A stretch of DNA of 64,000 nt, taken from contig JBHGNT010000004.1 of NCBI GenBank assembly GCA_043228905.1, positions 10,106,001 through 10,170,000 on the forward strand, given 5' to 3'. Source of the DNA: Azolla caroliniana (taxonomy: Eukaryota > Plantae > Polypodiophyta). The notes beneath the pieces were generated by a model. That model was given only the letters and a program-made list of their open reading frames with translations, had not been told where the DNA came from and ran no database searches. Below, piece after piece: positions 1 to 14,088 of the stretch. How positions within the stretch are numbered: position 1 is the stretch's first letter; every line of letters begins with the position of its first letter. Both the position numbers and the translations under genes were made by a program.

Positions 1-1562
1 AGTTTGGTGTCCAATTGGGCGAAAGTACCCGAGGCTTGTCGAGTACTAAGGAGGGAGCTAAGGATGGAGGATGGCTATGACAATAGAATAATGATAACAA
101 CCAAAGAACATCCAAAACAAGAATCGGGAACCCGAACGGATGTTGGCAAAGGAAAGGAGCCAAAATCTGGGATTGATGAACTGATAAAGGGAATGCGGGA
201 TCTACAACTCAAGTTCACAAAGCTTGAGAAGGGTGAAAGCTTGGGTGTGAGACAAAAGCCCAATGAAGGAGAAAAGGGTGAATTCATCCGTTGATGCATA
301 TGGTGCGATAGCACGAAGCACTAAAAAAGGGATTGTCAGAGCCATAAGGAAGCATTAGAAAGAAATGTTATCTTCTATCAAAATGGGAGAATACACTTCT
401 CGGAGACCCGAAAACCCCTAAAAACCCACTTTGGCAAAGGTGGGATGAAGAAAGTGATGGAGGACAAAGAGTCGATGAATGTTCAGGCAATGTACTATTT
501 CCGGATTGAAGGTTGATGATCCCCAAATTGGATCAGAATTCTGGGGGAAAGTGATAAAGTCTACTAACGACAAACGAGTCCAACCACAGGACTTACGGAA
601 GGTCGACGATGAGATCAGGAGTAGAACTGGGTGGAATGACCCAGTAGAGTCACTCAATGCAATCACCAAGATAGCAGGGGTGAATGCCCACGAAGTGACA
701 ACAGAAGAAAAGAGAAGGAGAACTGAGGAAGCGGGACTTTTAAGAAAACCTGAGACCCGAGAGCAAAAGACACGGGAAATGGAACGAGTTGCTGCGGAGG
801 CAATGAAAGAAGACAAAGGTAAGTAGAAGGTCGCCCCGTCATTCAAACTCGCCTCCGACATAGAAACATCCACCAACCTAAAGCATGCACTTGAATCTAG
901 GATTCTCGATAGTAAAGTTGAGTTAACACTCCGAGAAGTACTAGGGATCGCGAAGGTGGAATTTCATGAAGTGATCATTGATGTGATTCGTAGAAAAAGA
1001 CAAGTGATTTAAGAAATGGGTGGAGTAAATACCGTCACAATATGGGAGGAAGATGAAGATATGGAGACTGCATTGTTAGCCGGGGTATGGAGAGCTGACA
1101 TACAATGTAGTCATGAAGAGGAAAGTAGCCATTACACCCGCACACACTAGGATCGGGCGACAACCCAGGCTCCAGTCAGAATTGGTGATCAGATGGAACC
1201 GTGTGTGGCACTCATCGACCACGACTCCGAGATTAACATCATATCATCTGATTTCTACAATCCGGGGAGATGACCAATAGAAAGAAACCACGGGTGGAAG
1301 GTCAGAGCAACGACTGAGGTCGTGGAGGATTTATGTAGCGCATGCCCCAATATTAAAGTTACAATTGGGAACGTGTTGTCATGATGACACTTACATACGA
1401 TTTGGATTTACAAGGAATAGAACCCACAACCTTATTATATACGTGTGAAGTTCTTAACCATTGTAATGATATATTTATGTGTAAAGAATTTATAAACTAT
1501 ATAGAATATCATAAAGTATTCTAAAGTACTCTATGTTCTAGAATATTCGAGAGTGCTCTATA

Positions 1563-1585
1563 TTCTAGAACGTTCTAGAATATTC
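1563..1585. promoter_or_regulatory. Perfect 5-unit heat shock element in element B LTR (equivalents in C, G, H LTRs)
   Basis: TTCtaGAAcgTTCtaGAAtaTTC, ~50 bp upstream of TATAAATA at ~1634. Confidence 0.75.
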
Positions 1586-1746
1586 TAGCATAATCTTTAC
1601 TCTAAGATTTTCTAGAATACCCTAGTAAGACTTATAAATATGCATCTAATAATAAGGGATGAACCAATTTGGTTTAACGCCATTCTAGAGCTCCCTTGTT
1701 GTTTATTGTATTCCATCTTCTAGTGCAATACATTATCTTTACAATA

Positions 1747-1781
<35 letters not shown>

Positions 1782-1947
1782 TCTCTCAGTCTTGACAATA
1801 TCTTCTAGTGCAATACATTATCTTTACAATATACTCTCTCTCTCAGTCTTGACAGTTTGAAGCAAAATTTTCTTTCCTCCCTCATTTCTTTCTCTTCCAA
1901 GAACCTTAATAAGCTTCTTTCTTTCTTTTTCTCTTCCCTGGTAAGAT

Positions 1948-4900
1948 ATGGAGTCCGTGATCAAACAAGAATATATGCACGTCCTTTCTGAGCTCGACAT
2001 GCTCACGAATAAATTTGTGGCACTAGAGCAAGAAAATCAAAGGCTACTCGGGGACCTACAACATGTGAGTACCAAGAAAGCGCAACAATATGAAGAGTTC
2101 TCACAACGGGTTCGCCAACTCGAGGCGACTATATTATCATTACGAGAACAAGCGTCGGGGGTTCAAAACTACCCCAAAGAACCGAAGATTAGCCTCCTTG
2201 TTAAGTTTGATGGTACGAGGTCTCTATTTCGAGGCTTTTTGAATCAAGTAAGTTTGGTTACTCAGTTACATCCCAATCGATACCCAACGGAAGCTGCTCG
2301 TGTGGGATTAGTAGGAACCTTGCTAAGCGGTACAACACTAGCATGGTTTGCACCACTCTTCGAGAAGAAATCACCATTGTTGGAGGATTTTGAGGCGTTT
2401 GTTAAGGAGTTTCAAGCTAGCTTCGGAGATACCGACAACACTAGGACGACAATAAACAAGATTTGAAGGCTCCGACAAGGAGATCGTCCTGCATCGGCTT
2501 ACGTTGCCGATTTCCGTCTCTTGGCATGAGAGATATACCTTTGGATGAGGCGGCTCTGATGGATCAATTCCGTCAAGGTTTGTGTAATGATGTTAAAGAT
2601 CTTCTTCTTACCTTTCATGAAGATCCAAAATCTCTTACAGAGGCGATTAGTTGAGCTGCGCGATGTGATAATTGCCTATTTGAGCGACGCTCGGAGCGCC
2701 AACAAATGTTGCACTGTCAACCGGAACAAATGTACGCTTCTTTAATCGCAACACCCCCTAAACCCTACTTCAAGGTCCATTATTACTTCTAATAACATAA
2801 GTAAGCCTAGTAGTCCATGCCATGAGAATAGATTCAATGTCTTGAGCCAATTAGAGGATGTGTTAAACAAGTAAGTTCGGCCAAAATAGGAGCCATTTGG
2901 TTGGACAACCCTAGATATGTAGAGTTAGTTCCTAGTCGTGGTTCCATTTCATCAAATCAAGTTAGTCGAGTTTTTTCTTCACAAGTTGAGTTTAGCACAT
3001 CTACTTGTCATCGAGTCCTAGCCTCTGCCCTCTTCAATTCTGGAGCCAACTCTTGTTTCATGGATCGTGAGTTTGCATTAACACAAAAAGTCCTCTTGAA
3101 TAGCCTCCCTAACCCAGTATCCGTAGAAGTCATCGATGGTCGTCCCATAGCATCAGGTGATATAGTCGAAGAGTCCGAGCCAATTCGTGTACTTCTTGGT
3201 GATTTGGCAAGCATAATCTCATTCAACATTATTCGTAGTCCAGAACACCCATCAGTTCTAGGTCTCCCTTGGTAACTACATAACCCGAAGATTGATTGGA
3301 TGAAAAGAACAATTGAGGAATCCCAAGAAAAAAGAACTACACCCACATCTCTCAACACTCCAATATTTGATACTAGATCCCATAAGTTATCAACCATCTC
3401 TCTCCATCAGTTACGTGAGGATGGGGGGGAAAGAGGACATGTTCGTATTTGCAATCGTAGCAACTCCATCAAGCCCATCACCCATCTTACGAGAGCCGGA
3501 CGTCCAATTACCAAAAGAATATAAAGAGTTTTTAGACGTCTTTGATAAGGTGAAGGCAAATACACTGCAAGAGAATAGGCCATACGACTACCCTATTGAC
3601 TTACAACTAGGGAAAGAACCGCCATGGGGGCCAATTTATAATCTCTCACCCGTAGAGCTAGAGACTTTGAGGGAATATATGGATGAGAATCTGGCAAACG
3701 GATTCATCCAGCATTCTAGATCCCCTGCTGGTGCACCTATCTTCTTCGTTAAGAAGAAAAACGGGTCTCTTCGGTTGGTCGTGGATTATCGAGGGCTGAA
3801 CAAAGTGACTATCCGGAATAGATATGCTCTACCATTGATCTCGAACCTTTTGCAGTGCATACAATCTTAGTTCGGATTCATCTAGGGGATGAATGGAAAA
3901 CTTCTTTTCACACTCGTTATGGACATTTCGAGTATACCGTGATGCCATTCGGTTTCATAAATGCACATGCAGTGTTCCAGCATATGGCGAATGATATTTT
4001 TCGAGATTTTCTCGATATCTTCACTATAGTTTACTTGGACGACATTTTGATCTACTCGAAGACTAAAGAGGAGCATGATACACATGTTCGTCAGGTATTA
4101 CATCGACTACGAGAATATGGTCTCTACACAAAATTAGAAAGTGCAATTTTGCCTAGAATCAAGTGGAGTTTTTGGGGTATGGTGTATCATCAACTGGTAT
4201 CTCTATGGACCCAATGAAGGTTCAAACAATTTTAGATTTGTAAACACCCCTTTCAGTGCGTGATCTACAATGTTTTCTCGGGTTTGCAAATTTTTATCGA
4301 AAATTCATTAAAAATTATTCCAAGGTCGTGCTTCCACTCGCCCGACTCACACACAAAAATCAACCGTTCATATGGAATTCAAAGGCGACCGAGGCGTTCG
4401 AAAGTTTAAAACGAGCATTTACAACAACGTCTATTTTGGCTCATGTTGATCCCAAGAAATGCTTCATCCTTGAAGCTGATGCGTCCAACTTTGCATTAGG
4501 AAGTGTTCTATCGCAAACTGGAGATGACGGGCAACTACATCCTATTGCTTTTCATTCCCGAAAATTCGAAGCTGCAGAGATTAACTACGAGATCCATGAC
4601 AAAGAGCTTCTGGCAATTGTGGATTCTTTTCAACAATGGCGACATTTTCTGGAAGGTTCTTCTCAGCAGATCATTGTCTACAATGATCACAAGAACCTAA
4701 CATATTTCCAAAATGCTCGAGTCTTAAGTCGGCGACAAGCTCGTTGGGCGCAATTTTTGACTCACTTCGACTTTGTAATCATATATCGCCCAGGGATGCA
4801 GCAAGGAAAAGCGGATGCTCTTTCTCGACGCTCTTATATGGAACTTCGTCCAGGAGAACCAACTTTTGAGCATCAAAAACAAATCCTTTTGGGTTCAAAT

Positions 4901-6430
4901 CGCCTACGATTAATGACGGTTAATTCCATAACCACACCCAAGGATTCCACTCTTCTTGATTCCATTTGAGATCATATGGCTACTGATGTGTTCGTGAAAG
5001 ATGTTTTGGATCATATCATCCTGGATCGTGCTTCTTGCTCGAAGTCGCAAAACCCTCGTATTGAGTATAGGAAGTTCTATTGGCATGGTGGTTTTCTGTT
5101 TCGACAAAACCTACTGTATGTTCCTGATGGTCCCCCACGCTTGCAAGTCTTACAACATTGCCATGACACACCAATGGCTGGACATTTTGGAGTCACCAAA
5201 ACCCTAGAATTAGTTTCTTGGCAATATTGGAGGCCTCGATTTCGTCATTTTGTGGAGGAGTATGTCCGAAGTTGTGATACATGTTGTCGATCAAAGAGTG
5301 CTCAACACCGATCATATGGGTTACTACAACCACGTCTAATTCCTGAAAATCCTTGGAAGTCTATATCCTTGGATTTCATTACCGATCTCCCAGTTTCAAG
5401 GGGTTTTGATACCATTCTGACTATGGTCGATCGACTTACCAAAATGGCACATTTTTTGCCATGTACAAAGTCTATTACTAGTCAAGAGACAGTGGATCTA
5501 GTTATGCGGGAGGTGTTCAAGCATCATGGTCTCCCAGACGATATTAATAGTGATCGAGGTCCACAATTCATCTCAAAGTTCTGGAAGCACATGTTAAAAC
5601 TTCTCCGAGTTTTGGCTAAGCTTTCTTCGGGCTACCATCCAAAGACTAATGGCCAAACCAAGCGTACCAACTAGACTTTGGAGCAATATCTTCGTTGTTT
5701 CATCAACTATCAACAGGATGATTGGGTTGATTTTCTACACTTGGCGGAATTCACTTATAACGACTCAGTCCATTCGTCTACAGGATATTCGCCATTTTTC
5801 GCAAATACGGGTTCTCATCCTCGTTGGACGATGATTGAACACCCCGGAGTTCCTATCAACCTTGCTGCTACGGATCGTCTTAGTCGTCTCCAAGAAATTC
5901 ACGCTACCATTCTCTACAATTTGCGTGATGCTCAAAGTACATACAAGAGGATTGCAGACCGTCATCGCCTAGACTCCTCAGAAACGTTCCAAGTCGGGAA
6001 TCGTGTATGGCTTCTACAACACAACATCAAGACCACTAGGCCTTGTGGTAAATTAGATTACCAATGGTTTGGCCCGTACGAGATCACTAGTAAGATAAGC
6101 GATGTTGCATTTCGTCTTGGCCTCCCTCCTCACCCCGTGTTTCATGTCTCCCTTCTTGAACCTTACACCACAAGTTCAATTCCGGGACGTCTTACAACTC
6201 CCCCACCACTTGTAGAGTTTTTGGAAGAACCAGAATTTGAGGTTGTTGCCATTCTCGATTCCAAGATCGTGCGCAACAAGTTGTATTACTTGGTTAGGCT
6301 ATACACCCAATGATCAAACTTGAACCTGGAACAAATCTTATCAATGTTGCGGGCATGGTCACCGAATTTCATCGACAATATCCTCATAAGCCAGGTCCTA
6401 GTTCAACCCATACAACCCGTGATACGGGTC
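1948..6430 (+). pseudogene. gag-pol pseudogene of element B (gag, PR, RT, RNase H, INT, chromodomain)
   Basis: ORF fragments 1948-2466, 2901-3275, 3313-3870, 3855-4217, 4256-4969, 4976-5674, 5678-6313; gag zinc knuckle and a short RT stretch are missing relative to element C. Confidence 0.9.
2862..2914 (+). promoter_or_regulatory. Predicted -1 ribosomal frameshift signal (G TTA AAC + 6-nt spacer + stem/pseudoknot) at gag/pol junction of B; equivalent in C at 12888-12943 (-)
   Basis: pol is in the -1 frame relative to gag in both elements; 11-bp stem GUUCGGCCAAA/UUUGGUUGGAC; loop UAGG can pair with downstream CCUA. Confidence 0.75.
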
Positions 6431-6787
6431 GTCGAAGAAGGGGGTAAGTGTCATGATGACACTTACATACGATTTGGGTTTACAAGGAATCGAACCCACA
6501 ACCTTGTTATATACGTGTCAAATTCTTAACCATTGTAATGATATATTTATGTGTAAAAAATTTATAAACTATATAGAATATCATAAAGTATTCTAGAGTG
6601 CTCTATTTTCTAGAACGTTCTAGAATATTCTAGCATAATCTTTATTCTAAGATTTTCTAGAATACCCTATTAAGACTTATAAATATGCATCTAATAATAA
6701 GGGATGAACCAATTTGGTTCAACGCCATTCTAGAGCTCCCTTGTTGTTTATTGTGTTCCATCTTCTAGTGCAATACATTATCTTTAC

Positions 6788-6827
<40 letters not shown>

Positions 6828-9479
6828 CTTGATAGTATCTTTTAGTGCAATACATTATCTTTACAATATACTCTCTCTCTCAGTCTTGACACATGTCAGT
6901 AGATCAAAACTTCTTCGTCCAAGAGAATTCATTTTATCCAGTAATCCTAGGGCAACCGTACATGACAACAATACGAATAGAGACTAAAGTGATTGATAAC
7001 GGAGTGGCATTTGCCAGGATTCGGAGTCAGGACGGGAAGAGGTCGGTAAAGTTCCTTACTGTTCGACCAAATCATGAAAGGAATAAGGAGCATTTACGAG
7101 ATCATCCACTACGAGATGTGAGGGAGTTCGTACAGGATTTCTAGAGTAGGCCCTTACAAAAAGGGGCTATGATGGCCCAAGGGAGGTAAGAAGCCCCATT
7201 CATAGCATTCAAGATAAAGGTAAATTATATGTTGCGTTGGTAGATGGTGCAACTATAATAGAAGATTTCAAAGGAAATAAATTCTGAAAAATAGAAAAAG
7301 AATTACAAGGTAGAGGCATGATAGATTTAGAAGAAAAATTAGTGAATATATTTGAAGAATATTGTTTTAAAGATACAATAGGAGAGTTGGAGTCTCTAAC
7401 GATGGAAGATGATGAAGTTGACGTTATGGTAAACTCCATTGAGATGTTCAAAACCATCAAGGAGTATCTTCAAAATGAAGAAGCTCGAATAAACACAAAG
7501 TACAAAACAGTGGAGAAGAAGGTTCGGCCAACAACAACACCGCTTCCAGAAGACAGTGAAAAGATAATGAAGGAGGTGTCGACCGAGCCAATTCTTCGGG
7601 ATCCAAAGAGAATTGGGCACAAATTCACGCAAGAAACAATTAAGGAACTAAGAACGGGAGGGGGGGACTTCCTAATGCCTACGGAAGAAGCATAATTTAG
7701 AAAAATGCTAGGGCGGCATGGGAAAGCATTCTCCTTCAACCCTGAAAAAATTGGATGTGTGGATCCAAAAGTAGTTGAACCAATGGTCATCTTCACGATC
7801 CCACACATTCCACGAAATCTGAAGCCAATCCCAGTGCCAAGAGCAAGGATTCTACAATTAATCGAGATTCTAAAAGAGAAAGTGAAGATGGGCATCTTGG
7901 AACCATCAAACACTCCATACTCGAGTAGATGGTTTACGGTGCAAAAGAAGGATGGGTGGTTTCGATTCATTCAAGACATGCAACCTATGAATCAAGTTAC
8001 TATCCGGAATTCAAGAGTGGGGCCGATAGTAGATGAGTTTGCAGAGATCTACTCCATGTGTGATCTCTATTCCGGCTATGACCAATTCCAACGTGCAGTC
8101 GGTAGTCGAGATATCACCTCCATTAGGACACCTATTGGATTACTTCGGATGTGTACCCTGCCTCAAGGTGCGACCAACTCGGTCACTCACATGATGAATG
8201 GTATGCACAAAGTTCTCTGAGATTTTATTCCTCACATAATCATGCCTTTCTTGGATGATATACCCATTAAAGGATGTGAGGAAAGAATGAAGAATGAAGA
8301 ATTCGATAGTGGTAGATGTTGGAAGTTCGTTCGGGATCACATAGAAGATTGTGATAAAGTGTTTTCAAGACTAGAGGAGGTACACCTAACACTTTCGGCT
8401 CCAAAATCAATATTCGGGGTTCAAGAAGTACTAGTGGTAGGACATATGTGCGGGTCATATGGAAGGAAGCCAGCACCAGCGAAGATCAACGCAATACAGA
8501 ATATGAAAGAGGAATGCAACTTTGTATCTGAAGTTCGAGGTTCTTGGGTGCATGTGTCTTCTATTGTAGGTGGATTCCACATTATGCCCACATATCAGAT
8601 CCATTGTATCGACTATTAAGAAAAGGGGAATCATTCGAGTGGACAGAAGAACACTCAAATGCAATAAGATGACTGAAGGAGAATTTGGCAAAAGCTCCTG
8701 CTTTGAAACAACCTGACTACACCTGACTAATAATCCTATACCAGGCCGGATATTGGATACGTCGTTAGAGTGGTAAGCCGATATATGAGCAATCCCGGGG
8801 AAGAGAATTGGGCTGCCATGAAATGGATATTTCGGTACCTGAGAGGCACCACGAGCGTGTGTCTTTGTTTCGGCTCAGGTAACCCCACATTGGAAGGCTA
8901 CATGGATTCAGACATGTTGGCTGATGCAGATATCAGCCGATCCATGTCCGGATACATAATGACATATGTAGGGGGAGCTGTCTCATGACAATCGAGGTTG
9001 CAGAAGGCCGTGCCGTTGTCGACCGCGGAAGCTAAGTACATGGTGTCAGGAATAGTACTAAAGCAGAGATGGAATTAGTACTCAGAAGAGTAGTACTATT
9101 AGTACTAAGAGGACAGGACTGCGTAAGATTCCCGAGAGAGAGGAAGTGAGAAGAGTAGAGAGAGAGATAGGATGATGACAGCAACTCTTATATTATATGA
9201 AAGATAAGTACAAATCGGCTAAGAGTCTTAAGACTGGTGTTAAACCAATTTGGTTCAACATAATGTCTAGTGCCTTCTTTTATAGTGTTTTCAGGAGTAA
9301 TCCTGAAACTTCTAGAATGTTCCAGAGAAATCTGGAATATACATTACTTTCTTATAATAAAACATAAATGAAAATAATATCCTATGAATTACAATAGAGG
9401 GTGTGATGGTTAAGAGCTCGACCCATATACCATAAGGTAATGGGTTCGAGTCTTGCCATATCATGACAGTATCTCCCCC

Positions 9480-12400
9480 TTAAAGACGACGAGTGGAACG
9501 AGTCGGTGCTGATTGCGGACCGGGTTTGTCCGGATACTTTCGGTGGAAATCAGCAAGTAGATCCTGAGCATTGACAACATGCTCGACGGGTTCCCAAGTG
9601 CGTTCACTCGGACTATAACCAAGACAATCGACCAAATAATAAAGTTTGTTGCGAATAAGTTTGGAATCGAGGATGGCATCAACTTCATACTGCGGGCCGA
9701 CGTCCAACTCGAGTGGGGGCGGCGGTGGTGTAACACGATCGGGAATGGTGTTGGCTTTATAAGGTTCAAGAAGAGAACAATGGAAAACTGGATGTATTTA
9801 AAGCTGCGGAGGGAGATCAAGGCGGAAGGTGACATCATTAATCTTACCCGTAATACGGAAGGGACCGAGTCGTCGATAATCCAACTTGTCGCACGGTCGA
9901 GTAGTCTTGATGTGACGACGTAAGAGCCATAGTCGATCTCCGATGGCAAAAGAGGAGGGAATCCGATGACGATCCGCATAAGTCTTCTGTGTGTGTTGAG
10001 CATGACGAAGGTGAGTAGAGAGATCCATCTGGATCTTGCGTAGCCTCTCCAAATGATCCTCGGCACGAGGGTTGGTAGGTAGCTCCGGAGTGTCGATCAC
10101 CGACCATCGAGGATGGAAACCGGTATAAGCGAAAAATGGGCAGACCCGAGTCGAGGAGTGAATAGCATTATTATACGCAAACTCCGCAAAGTGGAGAATC
10201 TCGGCCCAATCGTCCTGTTGATAACTCAGGAAACACCAGAGATATTGACCCAGCGTTTGGTTTGTTCGTTCCGCCTACCCGTCGGTCTAAGGATGGTAGC
10301 CGGAGGAGAGGTTGCAGGAGACCTTGAGCATCTTGAAGAGATGCTGCCAAAATTTGGAGACAAATTGCGGGCCTCGGTCACTGATAATACTATCTGGGAG
10401 GCCATGATGCCGAAATACCTCACGCATAACAAGAGCGGCGGTCTCCTCGCTAGTGATGGCTTTAGTACACGGCACAAAATGTTCTTCAACAAGCCATATG
10501 GATGGTGTCGTGGCATCTTTGCTCGGCAGCAAGCATCACAGGTCCGAACGTAGTTGTCGACAAAACGATGCATGTGGGGCCACCAAAAAGATCGTTGCAC
10601 TAGCTCCAACGTCTTAGTACTACCGAAATGTCCCGCCGTATGGGTATCGTGACAATGTTGGACGATTTGAAGGTGACAGGAGCAATCGGGGACATATATG
10701 CGCTTTTTAAAGAATAACAAACCATCATGATATTCAAATTGTCGGTAGTCAATACCTGGTTGTTGAGACCGAGAACAAGATGCCCGAGAAGTATCAATGT
10801 GCGCCAGGATGTCTTGAGTAAAACTATCCGTCTTCAAGGTTGCACGTATGTCATCGGTAATCCGTGAATCCATCGGGGTGTGAAAAATCCGCGTCGTGTG
10901 CAATCGTGTTGGTCCCAAGATTACTTGCTTTTGATTATCAAATGTTGCGTCACCAGGACGAGGTGCAAGATATGAACGCCGTGATAGTGCATCTGCTTTT
11001 CCTTGCTGCTTCCCCGGTCGATATGTGATTTTGAAGTCGAAATGCGTGAGGAATTGCGCCCACCGAGCTTGCCGTCGATTTAGTACGCGAGCGTTCTGAA
11101 AATAAGCAAGATTTTTATGATCGCTAAAGACAATGACCTGATGTGGAGAGCCCTCTAAGAAATGCCACCATTGTACAAATGAATCCACGATGGCTAATAA
11201 CTCCTTGTCATGTATTTCGTAGTTGATTTCTGCGACATCGAATTTGCGCGAATGGAAAGCCACCGGATGCAACTCTTCTTTATCGCCTTGTTGAGAAAGG
11301 ATGCTACCAAGGGCGAAATCTGATTCGTCGGCCTCCATGATGAATGGTTTGCTTGTATCCACATGAACTAGAATCGGTGCTGATGTAAAGGCTTTCTTAA
11401 GATGCCGAAAAGCCATATTTGCTTCTACGGACCAAAGAAATGCTTGGCCCTTCTTTGTAAGTTGTGTGAGAGGTAAAATAATCTTCGAGTAATCCTGTAT
11501 AAACTTACGGTAGAAGTTAGCAAAACCTAGAAAACATTGTACATCTCGTACTGACCGTGGAATTTGCCACTCTAGTACAGTTTGGATTTTAGCTGGATCC
11601 ATGGCGATGCCCTTTGAGGAGATGACGTAGCCTAGAAATTCCACTTGCTTGCAGTCAAAGCTACATTTTTCTAGCTTGGCATAAAGACCATTCTCGCGGA
11701 ATTGCTTTAGTACTAATAGTACATGAGAATCGTGCTCTTCTTGGGTCTTCGAATAAATCAATAGATCATCCAGATAAATGATCAAACAGATATCCAAGAG
11801 ATCTCTGAATATATCATTTGCCATGTGTTGGAAGACTGCGGGTGCATTGGTTAGGCCAAATGGCATAACAGTATACTCGAAATGCCCATACCGCGTGCGA
11901 AAGACGGTCTTCCACTCATCTCCCGGTCGGATCCGCACGAGGTTATACGCTCCTCGTAGGTCGATTTTAGTAAAAAACTTGGCACCATTAACTCGCTCTA
12001 AAAGACTTGATATAAGAGGAAGTGCATACCTATTCCGGATGGTGACTTTATTCAATCCGCGGTAATCAACGACAAGATGAAGTGAGCCATCTTTCTTCTT
12101 GACAAAGAAGATGGGTGTACCGGCCGGAGATTTCGAATGGCGGATGAACCCGCTTGCCAAGTTCTCCTCTATATAGGCTCAAAGGACTTCTAACTCGGTG
12201 GGTGACAAGTTGTAAATTGGTCCCCATGGTGGCTCGGTTCCTGGTTGTAAATCGATGGGACAGTCATAGGGACGGTGATGAGGAAGGGTACCGGCTTTTA
12301 CCTTGTCAAATACATCGGCATAAGGATGATATTTTGCTGGAAGTTGTACTGAGGAGTCCTTCTTAATAGTGCTAGAAGGATGTACTGATATTGCAAATAG

Positions 12401-14088
12401 GAACATTGCCTCCTTGGGTCCTTCTTCGCATAGTTGATGGAGTGAAATGGTCGAAACTTGGTGAGTTGATTCTTGGGGTGGTCGATATCGGACTTCTCTT
12501 GTTCTCCAATCTATGGCTGGATTATGTAATTCAAACGAAGGTAATCCTAGGACAATGGGATGGTCTGGACTACTAATTATATTAAATGATATTACACACA
12601 CAAAACTACCTAGGACAACTTGAATGGGTTCTGATTCTTCTACAATATTCCCGGAAGCAATGGGACGACCATCAATGACTACTACAGATGCGGGACAAGG
12701 AAGTTTTCTTAAGGATATCTGAGAAGCTTGGGCAAAATTTCGATCCATGAAACAGGAATTAGCTCCGGAATCTAAAAGTGCTAGGACGGGTACTGGGGGA
12801 GTACTTTTAGTACTAACAATGACTTGGGCTAGGAACACATTGCTAACTTGCTTGGAAGGAATGGAACCACTAATGGGCTGTACAGATCTAGGGCTGTTGT
12901 CCAACCAAACGGCTCCTATTTTGGCTGGACTCAATCGTTTAACTCTTCATCTAATTGACTAAGGATTTCAAATTTATTTGAGATACTTGGGCTATTAGTA
13001 CTATGAATACTATCAAACACTCTATTAGTACTATTAATACTATCAGACACTCCTAAGGGAAGAATTGACTCGGATTTAGTACAGGCTACAATTTGATTTA
13101 CCTGTCTTCTTGGCCTATGGGGACAATTGATTGCGATATGCCTTGGTCCACCGCAATAAAGACATAATCGATTTGCACGTTGTCGTTGCTTTTCTTCTTC
13201 CGATAACGGGCTGCGTCGACGCATGGTATCGATCTCCATCGGTGTCGAAGTATTTGCTTGAGGTATATCTCGTGCAAACGGTCTAGCCGCCACTGCGGCG
13301 TAAGTGGGCTCCGGCCTAGCGCGTGGTATCTGTAATTGACGTTCCGAACGCCGTTCGAAAAGGCGGTTGTCACATCGGACCGCTCGACTGATTGCCTCCG
13401 TAAGAGACTTTGGTTCTTCGGGGAAGGTTAGAAGTAGATCTTTGACATCATTTCACAGGCCATAGCGAAACTGCTCCATTAGTGCTTGATCATCCCAGGG
13501 TATGTCGGAAGCGAGTAGGCGGAAATCCGCCGCGTAGGCAGAGGCTGGACGATCGCCTTGACGCAATCGCCGGATCTTGTTGATCGCCGTCCTGATGCTG
13601 TCGGTGTCTCCAAAGCAGGCTTTAAACTCACTAATAAAATCTTCAAAGTTATTAAGCAAGGACGATTGTTTTTCTAGAAGCGGAGCGAACCATGCTAAGG
13701 CTGAGCCGCTAAGCAACGTGCCTATTAAGCCGACTCGGGATGCATCAGTGGGGTATCGGGAAGGATGCATTTGGAGGACTAATCGTACCTGATTAAGGAA
13801 TCCCCTGAATTGCAATCGTGTTCCATCAAATTTCACAGGAAGTCCAATCTTCGGCTCTTTATGAAATCCTTGGGGACTTGATCCTTGTTGTTGCAATGCC
13901 GCTTCGAGTTGTTGCACCCGTAACACTAACTCCCCATGTTGTTGCTGCGTTTGTTGCTTTTCTAGAGCGATTTGTTGCAGATCCCCTATCAGCCGTTGGT
14001 TTTCTTGTTCCAGGGCAACAAACTTTTCTTTTAGGCACTGTAACTCGGAGAAAACGGATTGATATTCTTGGGCGCTAACAGTAGCCAT
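9480..14088 (-). pseudogene. gag-pol of element C (few stops, internal integrase deletion near 10480)
   Basis: ORFs 13453-14088, 12931-13293, 12179-12934 (LLDSGAN protease), 10226-12160, 9798-10100, 9480-9707. Confidence 0.9.

Larger units (their letters stand above)
1377..6891 (+). mobile_element. Element B: Tcn1-like chromovirus (Ty3/Gypsy), full length, degenerate
   Basis: LTRs 1377-1854 and 6449-6891 (TGTCA...TGACA), TSD CGTGT/CATGT (1372-1376, 6892-6896), PPT GAAGAAGGGGG before 3' LTR, gag from 1948, PR, RT (YLDD), RH, INT and chromodomain remnant (FEVVAILDSK..KLYYLV). Many stops and frameshifts. Confidence 0.93.

Noticed and set aside
9461-10553. Antisense and alternate-frame ORFs within retroelement pol regions
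   Set aside because: Shadow ORFs not conserved between B, C and H.
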